Of a DNA stretch of 64,000 nt, positions 11,363 to 20,498 are shown one piece after another (position 1 is the stretch's first letter; each line of letters begins with the position of its first letter). Both the position numbers and the translations under genes were made by a program. The notes under the pieces are model-generated. The model was not told where the DNA came from. It saw nothing but the letters and a program-made list of their open reading frames with translations, and did not search any database. The DNA is from Gemmatimonadaceae bacterium (GTDB lineage: Bacteria > Gemmatimonadota > Gemmatimonadetes > Gemmatimonadales > Gemmatimonadaceae), in contig JBJMOW010000005.1 in NCBI GenBank assembly GCA_045803545.1, positions 1,504,001 to 1,568,000 of the forward strand, in the 5' to 3' direction.

Positions 11363-12637
11363 ATGCACCGAACATCCGCAGTTGCTCGCGTATCGCCTCC
11401 CCCATCCCGAGCGGGGCCCTTGCTGATTCACCTTGTTGCATTGATGCTGGCGCTTCTTGTCGCCGTCGTCGCCAACGCGCAAGGCGTGAAGCTCCAGCCC
11501 AGCGATTCAGTCGCTCCGGCAGTGTTGAGAGCCGACTCCAAGTATTCTCCCGCCGACACCACCGCAAAAGTCGACGCGGCCGCAAAAGCCGACGCCGCCG
11601 CCGCGCTTCCCAAGTGGTTCGAGGATCTTGCGCTGAACGCCTTCGTCTCCACCGCCTACGAGTACAACACCAACCGCCCCGCTCCCGGCACCAACAGCTA
11701 CCGCGTCTTCGACTTCAACGACAACTCGTTCAACCTCGACGTCGCCGAAGTCGTCGTGCAGATCGCCGCATCGAAACCGAACGACGCCGGCTTTCGCGTT
11801 GACGTCGATGCGGGAAATTCGATTCCGCAGATCGCGAAAACTCAGGATCAGACGGCGACTCAGTTCGATCTCCAGCAAGCATTCGCCACCTACATCGCGC
11901 CGATCGGCTCCGGTCTCCGCTTCGACGTCGGCAAGTACGTCACCCACCTCGGGTACGAGGTGATCGAGGGTTACGACGGCTACAACGACAACTACAGCCG
12001 GTCGATTCTCTTCGGCTACGCGATCCCGTTCACTCACACCGGGGTCAAAGCGACCTACGCCTTCTCGAGCAAAGTCGCTGGCATGTTCGAAGTGGTGAAC
12101 GGGTGGGATCTGCTGCGCGACAACAACCGCTCGAAGTCGCTCGGCGCACAGCTCACGTTGACACCGGCAGCGCCGTTCAGCGTACTCCTGAACTGGATCG
12201 GCGGACCGGAGCTCGCCAACGACAATCACACCAAGCGCAACGTCTTCGACGTCGTCGCGATACTCAAACCGACCAATCGGCTGACGCTCGGCGTCAACGG
12301 TGATTACGGGATCGAGGACGGCACCAGTCGAGTGAATCCCGGCTCTGATGCGATCTGGAAAGGCATCGCCGGCTATGCCGTGCTCGGACTCAAAGAAAAT
12401 CTCTCCGTCGGTTTACGCGGCGAGACCTTCCACGACGACGGTGGCGTCCGACTCGGCACCGATACGAAAGCGAGATTGTCGGAAGCTACGCTCACACCAG
12501 TCTACAAGTTCACCAATCACGTACTGGCGCGCGGAGAAGTTCGCTTCGACAAGGCGAACCAACCAATCCTCGCCAAGCGCGGAACGCTGAGCGACAAGCA
12601 GACGACGATCGGCCTCAACGTGATCTTTGTGTATTGA
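11363..12637 (+). CDS. putative outer-membrane beta-barrel porin
   Basis: Signal peptide, NYSRSILFGYAIPFTHTG motif, alternating beta pattern, C-terminal aromatic residue. Confidence 0.75.
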   Translation: MHRTSAVARVSPPPSRAGPLLIHLVALMLALLVAVVANAQGVKLQPSDSVAPAVLRADSKYSPADTTAKVDAAAKADAAAALPKWFEDLALNAFVSTAYEYNTNRPAPGTNSYRVFDFNDNSFNLDVAEVVVQIAASKPNDAGFRVDVDAGNSIPQIAKTQDQTATQFDLQQAFATYIAPIGSGLRFDVGKYVTHLGYEVIEGYDGYNDNYSRSILFGYAIPFTHTGVKATYAFSSKVAGMFEVVNGWDLLRDNNRSKSLGAQLTLTPAAPFSVLLNWIGGPELANDNHTKRNVFDVVAILKPTNRLTLGVNGDYGIEDGTSRVNPGSDAIWKGIAGYAVLGLKENLSVGLRGETFHDDGGVRLGTDTKARLSEATLTPVYKFTNHVLARGEVRFDKANQPILAKRGTLSDKQTTIGLNVIFVY

Positions 12638-12647
12638 TGAGGCCGCA

Positions 12648-13940
12648 ATGATCCAGGCCGACACACTCGCCCCGGTGGTGCTGGCGTTGGCGATCGTCCT
12701 CGCTTCGGCAAAGCTCGGCGGCGACGCCGCCGAGCGTGTGGGGCAACCGGCGGTTCTTGGCGAGCTCGTCGTCGGGGTGCTTGTCGGCAACCTCACCCTC
12801 GTTGGCGTGGACTGGTTCGGATTCATCACCACCAACGCCACCGTCGGAGTGTTGGCGCAGCTGGGCGCTGTCATCCTGCTCTTTGAAGTAGGACTCGAAT
12901 CCACGGTCCGCGACATGATGAAGGTCGGAGTGCGTTCGCTGGTGGTGGCTGTGCTCGGCGTCGTCACGCCGTGGGCGCTCGGCTGGTGGGTCGGTGCGCT
13001 GCTCCTCCCGCAGCAAAGTGTCTACGTTCACGCCTTCATCGGCGCGGCGCTGACCGCAACGAGTGTCGGCATTACGGCGCGAGTGCTCAAGGATCTGGGG
13101 TACGCACAATCGGCGGAAGCGCGCATCATCCTCGGCGCGGCGGTGATCGACGACGTGCTCGGCCTGGTCGTTCTCGCCGCTGTTGCCGCGTTCATTTCAG
13201 CCGCCGACAGCGGCGCCGGTTTATCGTACGGCGCGCTGGTGATCGTGCTCGGCAAAGCGATTGTCTTTCTGTTCGGCGCGCTGTCGCTCGGCGTCGTTTT
13301 CTCGCCGCGGCTATTCGGCTTCGCGTCACGACTCCGCGGAAGCGGTGTGCTGCTGGCGACGGCGCTCGTCTTCTGTTTTACGCTAGCGTGGCTGGCCAGC
13401 GTCATCGGCTTGGCGCCGATCGTCGGCGCTTATGCTGCGGGGCTCGTCCTCGAAGACCTGCACTACCGCGACCTTATGGCGAAGGAGGAGAGGCGACTCG
13501 AGGAACTCGTTCGACCGATCTCGTCGTTTCTGGTCCCGGTCTTTTTTGTTTTGATGGGAATGCGCGTCGACCTGAGCGCATTTGCGCGACTGGAGATCGT
13601 CGGTCTGGCGGCGGCACTCACCGCTGCGGCGGTGGTGGGCAAGCAGGCATGCGCGATTGGCGCGATTGGTGCGAAGCTCGACGCGTTGTCGATCGGAATC
13701 GGCATGATCCCGCGAGGCGAGGTTGGGCTCATCTTCGCCAATATCGGACTTACGCTGGTCGTCCGCAACGAGCACGTTGTCGATTCGGCGACGTTCTCTG
13801 CGGTCGTCATTGTGGTGATGATGACGACGCTGATAACGCCGCCCGCGCTGAAATGGAGTCTTGGTCGGGGAGCCCGATCACAAACCCTGAGGGAGGACGT
13901 GCGATGGAGGACGGAGGCGGCGAAGCGGGCGGCGGGATAG
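12648..13940 (+). CDS. cation:proton antiporter (CPA2 family)
   Basis: GQPAVLGEL, LLFEVGLE, ATSVGITAR, AAVIDDV, GMIPRGEVGL; many TM segments. Confidence 0.9.
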   Translation: MIQADTLAPVVLALAIVLASAKLGGDAAERVGQPAVLGELVVGVLVGNLTLVGVDWFGFITTNATVGVLAQLGAVILLFEVGLESTVRDMMKVGVRSLVVAVLGVVTPWALGWWVGALLLPQQSVYVHAFIGAALTATSVGITARVLKDLGYAQSAEARIILGAAVIDDVLGLVVLAAVAAFISAADSGAGLSYGALVIVLGKAIVFLFGALSLGVVFSPRLFGFASRLRGSGVLLATALVFCFTLAWLASVIGLAPIVGAYAAGLVLEDLHYRDLMAKEERRLEELVRPISSFLVPVFFVLMGMRVDLSAFARLEIVGLAAALTAAAVVGKQACAIGAIGAKLDALSIGIGMIPRGEVGLIFANIGLTLVVRNEHVVDSATFSAVVIVVMMTTLITPPALKWSLGRGARSQTLREDVRWRTEAAKRAAG

Positions 13941-13947
13941 CGGAGTG

Positions 13948-14052
13948 ACCCGTAGCGCGTAACCCGTAACGCGTAACCGGTAACGCGTTACCCGTTACCC
14001 GTTGCCCGTTGCCCGTGGCCCGTGGCCCGATACCAGTTACCAGTTACGGGCG
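13948..14052. repeat. heptamer array, left arm of the four-helix-bundle cassette
   Basis: CGCGTAA/CCCGTAA, CCCGTTA, CCCGTTG, CCCGTGG and CCAGTTA units. Confidence 0.9.
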
Positions 14053-14415
14053 TTAGTTCGAGTCGCCCCGCAGTTTTTTCAGAAGACCGTGCAGCATCTT
14101 GCGGACATCGATGATGCGAGGGAGAAGGCTCGTGAAATCCTGCTCGGTCATCAGCTTAAGATCGCGAGCGAGTTGAACGTGTCCCTCGAGTTCGGTTGCT
14201 GAAGCAATGGCGTAACCGAGATAACGCGCAAACTCACGGGGACTCGTATGCGCGCTGCCCTCGACGATATTCGTCGGCACCGACATCGCGGCGCGCAAGA
14301 GTTGGTCGCGCACCGTGGCGCTACGAGTTCCGCGCATGCGCGCAGTGACTCGCTCCGCATCAATCGCGACCTGCAGCGCCGCCTCCCAGACACGAAGTTT
14401 CCTGAAGTCAGCCAC
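14053..14415 (-). CDS. four helix bundle protein (23S rRNA IVP / Avd-like)
   Basis: DFRKLRVWE...QLLRAAMSVPTNIVEG...FARYLGYAIASATEL; 120 aa. Confidence 0.9.
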   Translation of the reverse strand: MADFRKLRVWEAALQVAIDAERVTARMRGTRSATVRDQLLRAAMSVPTNIVEGSAHTSPREFARYLGYAIASATELEGHVQLARDLKLMTEQDFTSLLPRIIDVRKMLHGLLKKLRGDSN

Positions 14416-14528
14416 GCCGAACCCTACACCGCAGCCCGTCCGGCGCTTCCATCATTTCCCCGCTCCAATCAGCGGAAATCTGGCCGCAGCTATCGGGCTT
14501 CGGACATCGAACTTCGGATGTCGGGCTC

Positions 14529-14656
14529 CGGGTAACGCGCAACGCGCAACGGGTAACGGGTAACGGGTAACGGGTAACGGGTAACGGGTAACGGGTAACG
14601 GGTAACGGGTAACGGGTAACGCGTTACGGGTTACGCGTTACAGGAAACGCATTACG
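14529..14656. repeat. heptamer array, right arm, (CGGGTAA) about 10 units plus CGCGTTA/CGGGTTA
   Basis: Near-perfect tandem run; reverse-complementary to 13948-14030. Confidence 0.92.
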
Positions 14657-14658
14657 TG

Positions 14659-15774
14659 TTATCCGCGGACAACCAATCCCTCAATCTCCTCTCCAACCTC
14701 CACCGTCGAGCACGCCCTCCCTCCTATCTGCACAATGTCCGCAGTAACGCAGCCCTTCCCGATTGCCGCACCGACAGCAGTCTCCACCGTCACCGCCTCC
14801 CGCTCGAGCCCGAAAGAATACCTGAGCATCATCGCCACGCTGAGAATCGTCCCGATCGGATTCGCAATTCCCCGCCCCGCAATATCCGGTGCCGACCCGT
14901 GAATCGGCTCATACAGTCCGCATCGCCCGCCTGCGCCCTTCCGTCTCGCGTCTCCCGCCTCGTCGCCCAACGACGCCGACGGAAGCACGCCGAGCGACCC
15001 GGCGAGCATCGAGGCTTCGTCGGTGAGAATGTCGCCGAACATGTTCTCGGTCACGATAACGTCAAAGTCCCGCGGCTGGCGCAGCAGCATCATCGCACAC
15101 GCGTCGACCAGCACGTGTTCCAGCGCCACGTCAGGGAATTCCTCCCGCAAAACACGCGTGACGGTCGATCGCCACAGCCGCGACGTCTCGAGCACGTTCG
15201 CCTTGTCGACCGACGTCAGCTTGCGCCCGCGTGAGCGCGCCAGCCGCGCGGCGACACGCGTGACACGCTCGATCTCGCCGGTCGTATAAGAACAGACGTC
15301 GACCGCCCGCTCACCGCCATCAACTCGCTCGCGCCGCTTGTCGCCGAAGTAGATGCCGCCCGTCAGCTCGCGCACGACGATGAAATCAACCCCCACGATC
15401 AGCTCGGTCCGTAGCGGCGACCGGGCCGCGAGCAAAGGATGAACTGTTACCGGGCGAAGATTGGCGTACACCCCCAGCTCCCGCCGCAAGCCAAGTAGTC
15501 CCTGCTCCGGGCGCATGTGCGCGGCGGGATCGTCCCAACGCGGACCACCAACCGCCCCGAGCAGGACGGCGTCGGCGCTCAGACAAAGATCGATGGTTTC
15601 CGGCGGGAGCGGGGTTCCGCGTACGTCGAGCGCGGAGCCGCCGATCAACCCCTCCTCCAGCTCGATCGTATGACCGTATCGTGATGCCACCGCGCGCAGA
15701 ATTCGCACGCCTTCGGCGACAACCTCCGGTCCGATGCCATCGCCGGGAAGGACGGCAATCTTTAGAAACGCCAC
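14659..15774 (-). CDS. leuB: 3-isopropylmalate dehydrogenase
   Basis: LPGDGIGPEV, VRELTGGIYFG, NMFGDILTDEA, YEPIHGSAPDIAG. Confidence 0.97.
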   Translation of the reverse strand: MAFLKIAVLPGDGIGPEVVAEGVRILRAVASRYGHTIELEEGLIGGSALDVRGTPLPPETIDLCLSADAVLLGAVGGPRWDDPAAHMRPEQGLLGLRRELGVYANLRPVTVHPLLAARSPLRTELIVGVDFIVVRELTGGIYFGDKRRERVDGGERAVDVCSYTTGEIERVTRVAARLARSRGRKLTSVDKANVLETSRLWRSTVTRVLREEFPDVALEHVLVDACAMMLLRQPRDFDVIVTENMFGDILTDEASMLAGSLGVLPSASLGDEAGDARRKGAGGRCGLYEPIHGSAPDIAGRGIANPIGTILSVAMMLRYSFGLEREAVTVETAVGAAIGKGCVTADIVQIGGRACSTVEVGEEIEGLVVRG

Positions 15775-15796
15775 GAGCGGCGAGGAAGTCTGACTG

Positions 15797-16417
15797 TCAG
15801 CGTGTCGAGACGCGCGCGGGATGCGCCGCCTCGTAGGCGGCGATCGCCGTCTCCTCGCCGAGCAGGAATCCGAGCTCGTCGACCCCGTTCAGCAGACAGT
15901 GTTTCGCGAACGGATCCACGGGGAACGAGTGCATTGACCCGTCGGGTAACGTCGCCGTCAGCGTGGTGAGCTCTATCGTGACGCGGGCTTGCGGCGACTT
16001 GGCGAGCTGGTCCCCCAGACTAACGTGCGCAGCCGGGGTAAGGACGACGGGGAGCAGTCCGTTCTTGAGCGCGTTGCTGCGGAAGATGTCCGCGAAACCG
16101 GTGCTGATGATGGCGCGAAAGCCGAAATCGAGCAGCGCCCACGGCGCGTGCTCGCGCGACGAGCCGCAGCCGAAGTTGTGGCCGGCGACGAGGATTGATG
16201 CCTCGAGCGCGTCGGCGGAGTTGAGCGGAAAGTCGGCGCGGGGCTGGCCGCGTTCATCGACTCGCCAATCGGCGAACAGATGCGCGCCGAGTCCGCGACG
16301 CTCGATCGTCTTGAGAAAGCGCGCCGGAATGATCTGATCGGTGTCGACGTTGTCGGCCGGCAGCACGACGCACGAAGACGTGAGCCTCGTGAATGGTTGC
16401 ATCACCGTCTCGATCAC
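15797..16417 (-). CDS. leuD: 3-isopropylmalate dehydratase small subunit
   Basis: [26 protein letters not shown]. Confidence 0.97.
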   Translation of the reverse strand: MIETVMQPFTRLTSSCVVLPADNVDTDQIIPARFLKTIERRGLGAHLFADWRVDERGQPRADFPLNSADALEASILVAGHNFGCGSSREHAPWALLDFGFRAIISTGFADIFRSNALKNGLLPVVLTPAAHVSLGDQLAKSPQARVTIELTTLTATLPDGSMHSFPVDPFAKHCLLNGVDELGFLLGEETAIAAYEAAHPARVSTR

Positions 16418-17826
16418 GACAGGCTCCGCACGTCTGCGATCGCTCCGGTCACCGCGGTCGCCGCTGCTGTCAGCGGACTTGCCAGGAAAGTGCGGCCGCC
16501 TTTGCCCTGGCGTCCTTCGAAGTTGCGATTGCTGGTGCTAACCGCGCTCTGGCCCGGCGCGAGCTGATCGCCGTTCATCGCAATGCACATCGAGCAGCCT
16601 GCTTCACGCCATTCTGCGCCGGCTTCCTTGAACACTCGGTCGAGCCCTTCCGCTTCTGCCTGACTTTTGACATTGCGCGAGCCGGGCACGACCAGCATCC
16701 GCACTCCGGGTGCAACCCGACGTCCACGCATTACCGTTGCCGCCTCGCGCAGATCGGAGATACGCGAGTTAGTACAGCTCCCCACGAACACCACGTCGAC
16801 AGCGCGGCCGAGCAGTGCCTGCCCCGGCTCGAGCGCCATGTAGCGGAGCGCCTTGTCGAGATCGGCGCGCTCGGTCCCGCTCGCCGCAGAGTCGGGGTCA
16901 GGAACACGTCCGTCGATGGGAATCGCCATCGACGGGTTGGTGCCGAAAGTAATCATTGGAGCCAGGCTGTCTGCCCGCAGATTCAGCGTGCGATCGTACG
17001 ACGCGTCATCGTCGCTGACGAGTTGCCGCCAGCGATCGACCGCACCATCCCAGTCGCCGCCCGCCGGCGCAAACGGCCGGCCGGCTATGTACTCGGCAGT
17101 CGTGTCGTCGGGCGCAATGAGGCCGGCGCGCGCGCCTGCCTCGATCGACATGTTGCAGATGGTCATCCGGTTTTCCATCCCTAGCGCGCGAATCGCTGAA
17201 CCGGTGTACTCGAGCACGTGTCCGGTTGCGCCCCCGACGCCGATCCTGGCGATGATGGCGAGGATGATGTCCTTTGCCGTAACCCCGGGAGGAAGCGTTC
17301 CATCGATGGACAGCTGCATGCTGCGCGGCTTGCGCTGCAGCAGCGTCTGGGTTGCGAGAACGTAGCCCACTTCCGACGTCCCGATTCCAAACGCCAGCGC
17401 GCCAAACGCGCCGTGGGTGCTGGTGTGACTGTCACCGCAGACGATGGTCATGCCCGGCTGTGTAAGCCCCTGCTCCGGTCCGATGACGTGAACGATTCCC
17501 TGCCGACTGTCTTCGAGTCCGAACAGGCTAATGCCGAATTCGTCGCAGTTCGTCTCAAGCTGCGTGAGCTGCGCCGCCGCCTGGGAATCGAGCACCTGCA
17601 GACGGCCATGCGCCCGGGGCGTCGTCGGCGTCGAATGATCCATCGTCGCCAGCGTCAGCTCGGGTCGCCGCACCCCAACACCGCGACGCCGCAACTCGGC
17701 GAACGCCTGCGGCGACGTCACCTCGTGCACGAGATGCAGATCGACGTAAAGTACCGCCGGCGTGCTCTCGGTCTCGGCCCGAGCGACGTGGTCGTCCCAA
17801 ATCTTGTCGACGAGTGTTTGTGGCAA
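16414..17826 (-). CDS. leuC: 3-isopropylmalate dehydratase large subunit
   Basis: [44 protein letters not shown]; likely TTG start at 17826 because the upstream in-frame part is repeat. Confidence 0.95.
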   Translation of the reverse strand: MPQTLVDKIWDDHVARAETESTPAVLYVDLHLVHEVTSPQAFAELRRRGVGVRRPELTLATMDHSTPTTPRAHGRLQVLDSQAAAQLTQLETNCDEFGISLFGLEDSRQGIVHVIGPEQGLTQPGMTIVCGDSHTSTHGAFGALAFGIGTSEVGYVLATQTLLQRKPRSMQLSIDGTLPPGVTAKDIILAIIARIGVGGATGHVLEYTGSAIRALGMENRMTICNMSIEAGARAGLIAPDDTTAEYIAGRPFAPAGGDWDGAVDRWRQLVSDDDASYDRTLNLRADSLAPMITFGTNPSMAIPIDGRVPDPDSAASGTERADLDKALRYMALEPGQALLGRAVDVVFVGSCTNSRISDLREAATVMRGRRVAPGVRMLVVPGSRNVKSQAEAEGLDRVFKEAGAEWREAGCSMCIAMNGDQLAPGQSAVSTSNRNFEGRQGKGGRTFLASPLTAAATAVTGAIADVRSLS

Positions 17827-17827
17827 A

Positions 17828-17950
17828 GCGGGAAGCGGGAAGCGGGAAGCGGAAAGCGGGAAGCGGGAAACGGGCAACGGGCAACGGGCAACGGGCAACG
17901 GGCAACGGGCAACGGGCAACGGGTTACGCGTTACGCGTTACGCGTAACGG
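17828..17950. repeat. heptamer array (GGGAAGC)n-(GGGCAAC)n-(GCGTTAC)n
   Basis: Fills the whole interval between the attenuator terminator and the leuC start. Confidence 0.92.
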
Positions 17951-17985
17951 AAAAAAAAAGGCCCCTCGACATTTTCCGGGGGCCC
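17951..17985 (-). terminator. intrinsic terminator (attenuator) upstream of leuC
   Basis: mRNA GGCCCCCG-loop-CGAGGGGCC followed by U9. Confidence 0.8.
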
Positions 17986-18009
17986 GTCTGCCGCAATTCG
18001 CGAGAAATC

Positions 18010-18087
18010 TTATACGCGCACAGACAGACCGCCCCTATCAACGAGGTTCGAAATAAGAATAGAAAGTCGGGAGCCCGTAGCGCGCAT
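18010..18087 (-). CDS. leu operon leader peptide MRATGSRLSILISNLVDRGGLSVRV
   Basis: 25 aa with 4 Leu, 2 Ile, 3 Val using AT-rich codons (CTT, ATT, GTT); lies between promoter and terminator. Confidence 0.7.
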   Translation of the reverse strand: MRATGSRLSILISNLVDRGGLSVRV

Positions 18088-18142
18088 TGAACGAATGTCG
18101 AAGCAGGAAACGCAAGCCGCCGTCTGCCGGTTGCGGATTGGG

Positions 18143-18171
18143 AATGTATTTGTCGCTAACGGGTCGGTCAA
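18143..18171 (-). promoter_or_regulatory. sigma70-type promoter of the leu operon
   Basis: TTGACC-N17-TACATT on the minus strand. Confidence 0.7.
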
Positions 18172-18221
18172 GCGTTGTCGGCGCAGACCCTCAAATAAGA
18201 ATCGTAGTTGCGGCTTGTAGC

Positions 18222-18482
18222 TTAGCGATTCCGCGAGCCGAACGTAGTGAAGCGGCCGAACAAATCGCTCCAGCCTTTGGTGCTCGTCTTCCACGATTGC
18301 TCGTTGCGCGCACGCAGCCGCGCCTCGGTCAGCCCGATCGTGCGGTTGACGCGCGGTGGCTTGTCCGCGGTCGTCTCTGATTCGTTGACGCTGGCCAGCG
18401 TTTTCTCTTTCCTGGCCGCAATGTCGTCATCGCGGTGCTTATTCTTTAACCCAAACAGTCGCTCCCTGAGGCTCTTTTTCAT
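18222..18482 (-). CDS. small basic hypothetical protein, paralog of 22634-22894
   Basis: 86 aa; shares KSLR..LFG and IG.TE.RLRARN..SW with its paralog. Confidence 0.7.
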   Translation of the reverse strand: MKKSLRERLFGLKNKHRDDDIAARKEKTLASVNESETTADKPPRVNRTIGLTEARLRARNEQSWKTSTKGWSDLFGRFTTFGSRNR

Positions 18483-18821
18483 TCAGTTCTCTCGAGTGTG
18501 AAATTGCCCGGGTTGGCGTGGCGCGCGTTCCTCATCGATTCGCCTGTATGCTTCGACACACCATGCGTCGGCCTGCTTGGCGATGGCGCGGAATTCCGGT
18601 GACGGGCGCTCTCCCGATTGCCCGGCCGAGTCCTCACTGAGGCTTATCATCTCACGCACGTGGATCACGATCTCGGCGAACGGCACTCCCCGATTCTGAT
18701 CCGCCGCGACTCGCGTCTGTACCGCCAGCCGCAACGTTCTTATAAATGCGAAAATGCCGCCGCCGTCGTTGGACACGAGGCGACGCGAGAGTGGTGGGAT
18801 ACTGTTCGGCGGCTTGTTCAT
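18483..18821 (-). CDS. small helical hypothetical protein (LR.AV...W....Y family)
   Basis: 112 aa; pattern shared with the ORFs at 35966 and 36422. Confidence 0.6.
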   Translation of the reverse strand: MNKPPNSIPPLSRRLVSNDGGGIFAFIRTLRLAVQTRVAADQNRGVPFAEIVIHVREMISLSEDSAGQSGERPSPEFRAIAKQADAWCVEAYRRIDEERAPRQPGQFHTREN

Positions 18822-18843
18822 AAGCGCTTTGGCACAGGCGAGA

Positions 18844-20007
18844 CTACGACTGACGTGGGAGATGGACCGAAAAAACCGTCCCCCGCTCGTCGGACGACAT
18901 CACTTCAATTCTTCCCTTGTGCGCGTGGGCGATTCGATCTGCGATGTAGAGTCCCAACCCGAGGTTAGCCGAGGGCCCAGTGGATTGGTTCGGCGTTGTC
19001 TGCATCTTCATCGCGTTGAAGATCCCATCCAGCTGCTCTTCAGGAATAGCAGTGCCGTGATTGTGCACGGCGATGGTGACCTCGTCATCGCTTCCCTGCA
19101 CATCGACGGAGACGGTGCTCCGCTCCGATCCATGCTCCAGCGCGTTACCAAGCAGATTGGTCACCGCCTGCGACATTCGCTCATAGTCCCAGTGGCCCGT
19201 GAGCGCACCGCGAGCGTTGACCTTGATTCTGCGCTTTGGATGCGCGGCCAGAACCTCGTTCACCACCTCGTGCACCAGCTTACCCATGTTCATGCTGGCA
19301 CGGGTGATCGGAATACCACCGCCGAGCCGGCCGCGCGTGAAATCGAGCAGAGCGCCAACCATGTTGTTCATGCGCGTGGTCGCGCTGACTATGCGGGTGG
19401 TTAGCGTCAGATGCGGCTCCTCGAGCTCCTTCGTCTCGAGCATGAACTTCGACGACGTCAACACTGCTCCGATCGGCGATCTGAGATCGTGACCGAGGAT
19501 CGCGAGGAACATCTCCTTGGACCTGTCGAGATCCTCAGTGAAGCGCATCACCGACTCGGCGAGTGATTGGTCGATGGCTTCGTTGAATCGTGTCAGGTCG
19601 TCGAGGTCGGTCTGGGTTGGTTGCGACTGACCGCGTATCCAGAGACGGATCACACTGGCGCGCAGCGCGCGGTACTCCGCTACCATCTGGTCGATGGTGA
19701 ATCCACTTTCGGCCCTGCCGGTGCCGTGCTTTTCGGCAGCGGTTCGCTCCATGGAGGTTGGCAGCGGAGCGAGCCCTCTCGATTTTGCCGACTGCTCGAG
19801 ATCGCCTTGCGGTGTCTGAAGATCCCTTGCAATCACCATCAGCATCTCGCTGGCGTGGTCGCTGAGCGCAGTAATACCCATCGATGCGCTCGCTGGAGCG
19901 CAGGTCTTCGCGAACGCCCCCCACTCCGCCAGAATGAGTTCGCGATTTCCGAGTATGAAATCGGCCAGCCGCATCGTATTGGCCGCGGCGGTTGCCGTCT
20001 GTGGCAT
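18844..20007 (-). CDS. sensor histidine kinase with RsbRD-N-like N-terminal domain
   Basis: MRLADFI...W, HGTGRAESGF; H-box LGHDLRSP; NLLGNA, GLGLYI. Start may be 19974. Confidence 0.9.
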   Translation of the reverse strand: MPQTATAAANTMRLADFILGNRELILAEWGAFAKTCAPASASMGITALSDHASEMLMVIARDLQTPQGDLEQSAKSRGLAPLPTSMERTAAEKHGTGRAESGFTIDQMVAEYRALRASVIRLWIRGQSQPTQTDLDDLTRFNEAIDQSLAESVMRFTEDLDRSKEMFLAILGHDLRSPIGAVLTSSKFMLETKELEEPHLTLTTRIVSATTRMNNMVGALLDFTRGRLGGGIPITRASMNMGKLVHEVVNEVLAAHPKRRIKVNARGALTGHWDYERMSQAVTNLLGNALEHGSERSTVSVDVQGSDDEVTIAVHNHGTAIPEEQLDGIFNAMKMQTTPNQSTGPSANLGLGLYIADRIAHAHKGRIEVMSSDERGTVFSVHLPRQS

Positions 20008-20077
20008 GAGTGCGGGCGCGGGTAGTTGCAAGGAATTCAGGTCTGTGTGTAGCGGGCGGTCAGATAACCCATGGATG

Positions 20078-20497
20078 TCATTGGTCGTTTACTTCGGTCC
20101 CGGACATGCGCGTCGCGCGCTGGGCCGTAGCGCGCTTGGCAAGTTCCTGAGAAACGGTGGACAGAAAATCCTTGTAGGAAAGCGGTTTCGCGATGTAGCC
20201 GTCACAGCCCGCGGCGCGAATCCGTGCCTCATCGCCTTTCATCGCCAACGCGGTCAGGGCGATGACGGGAATCTCGCGGGTGACGAGGCCGGCCTTGAGC
20301 AGCGCAGTCGCCTTCAGGCCGTCCATGCCGGGAAGTTGAATATCCATCAGAATGAGATCGGGCTGCTCGTTGTCTGCCAGCGCAACTCCTGCCTCCGCAT
20401 CGAGTGCTTTGAGCACCGTGTGTCCCGCGTTCTCGAGCAGGAATGTGGCGAGGGTCATGTTGGCGGGGTTGTCTTCGACTACCAGCACTTTCGCCAT
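20078..20497 (-). CDS. single-domain response regulator (DivK/CheY-like)
   Basis: VLVVEDN, LILMDIQLPGMDG, ALTA, YIAKP. Confidence 0.92.
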   Translation of the reverse strand: MAKVLVVEDNPANMTLATFLLENAGHTVLKALDAEAGVALADNEQPDLILMDIQLPGMDGLKATALLKAGLVTREIPVIALTALAMKGDEARIRAAGCDGYIAKPLSYKDFLSTVSQELAKRATAQRATRMSGTEVNDQ

Positions 20498-20498
20498 A

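Noticed and set aside
14053..14415. Diversity-generating retroelement or rRNA intervening sequence
   Set aside because: No reverse transcriptase, no TR/VR pair and no rRNA sequence in the window.
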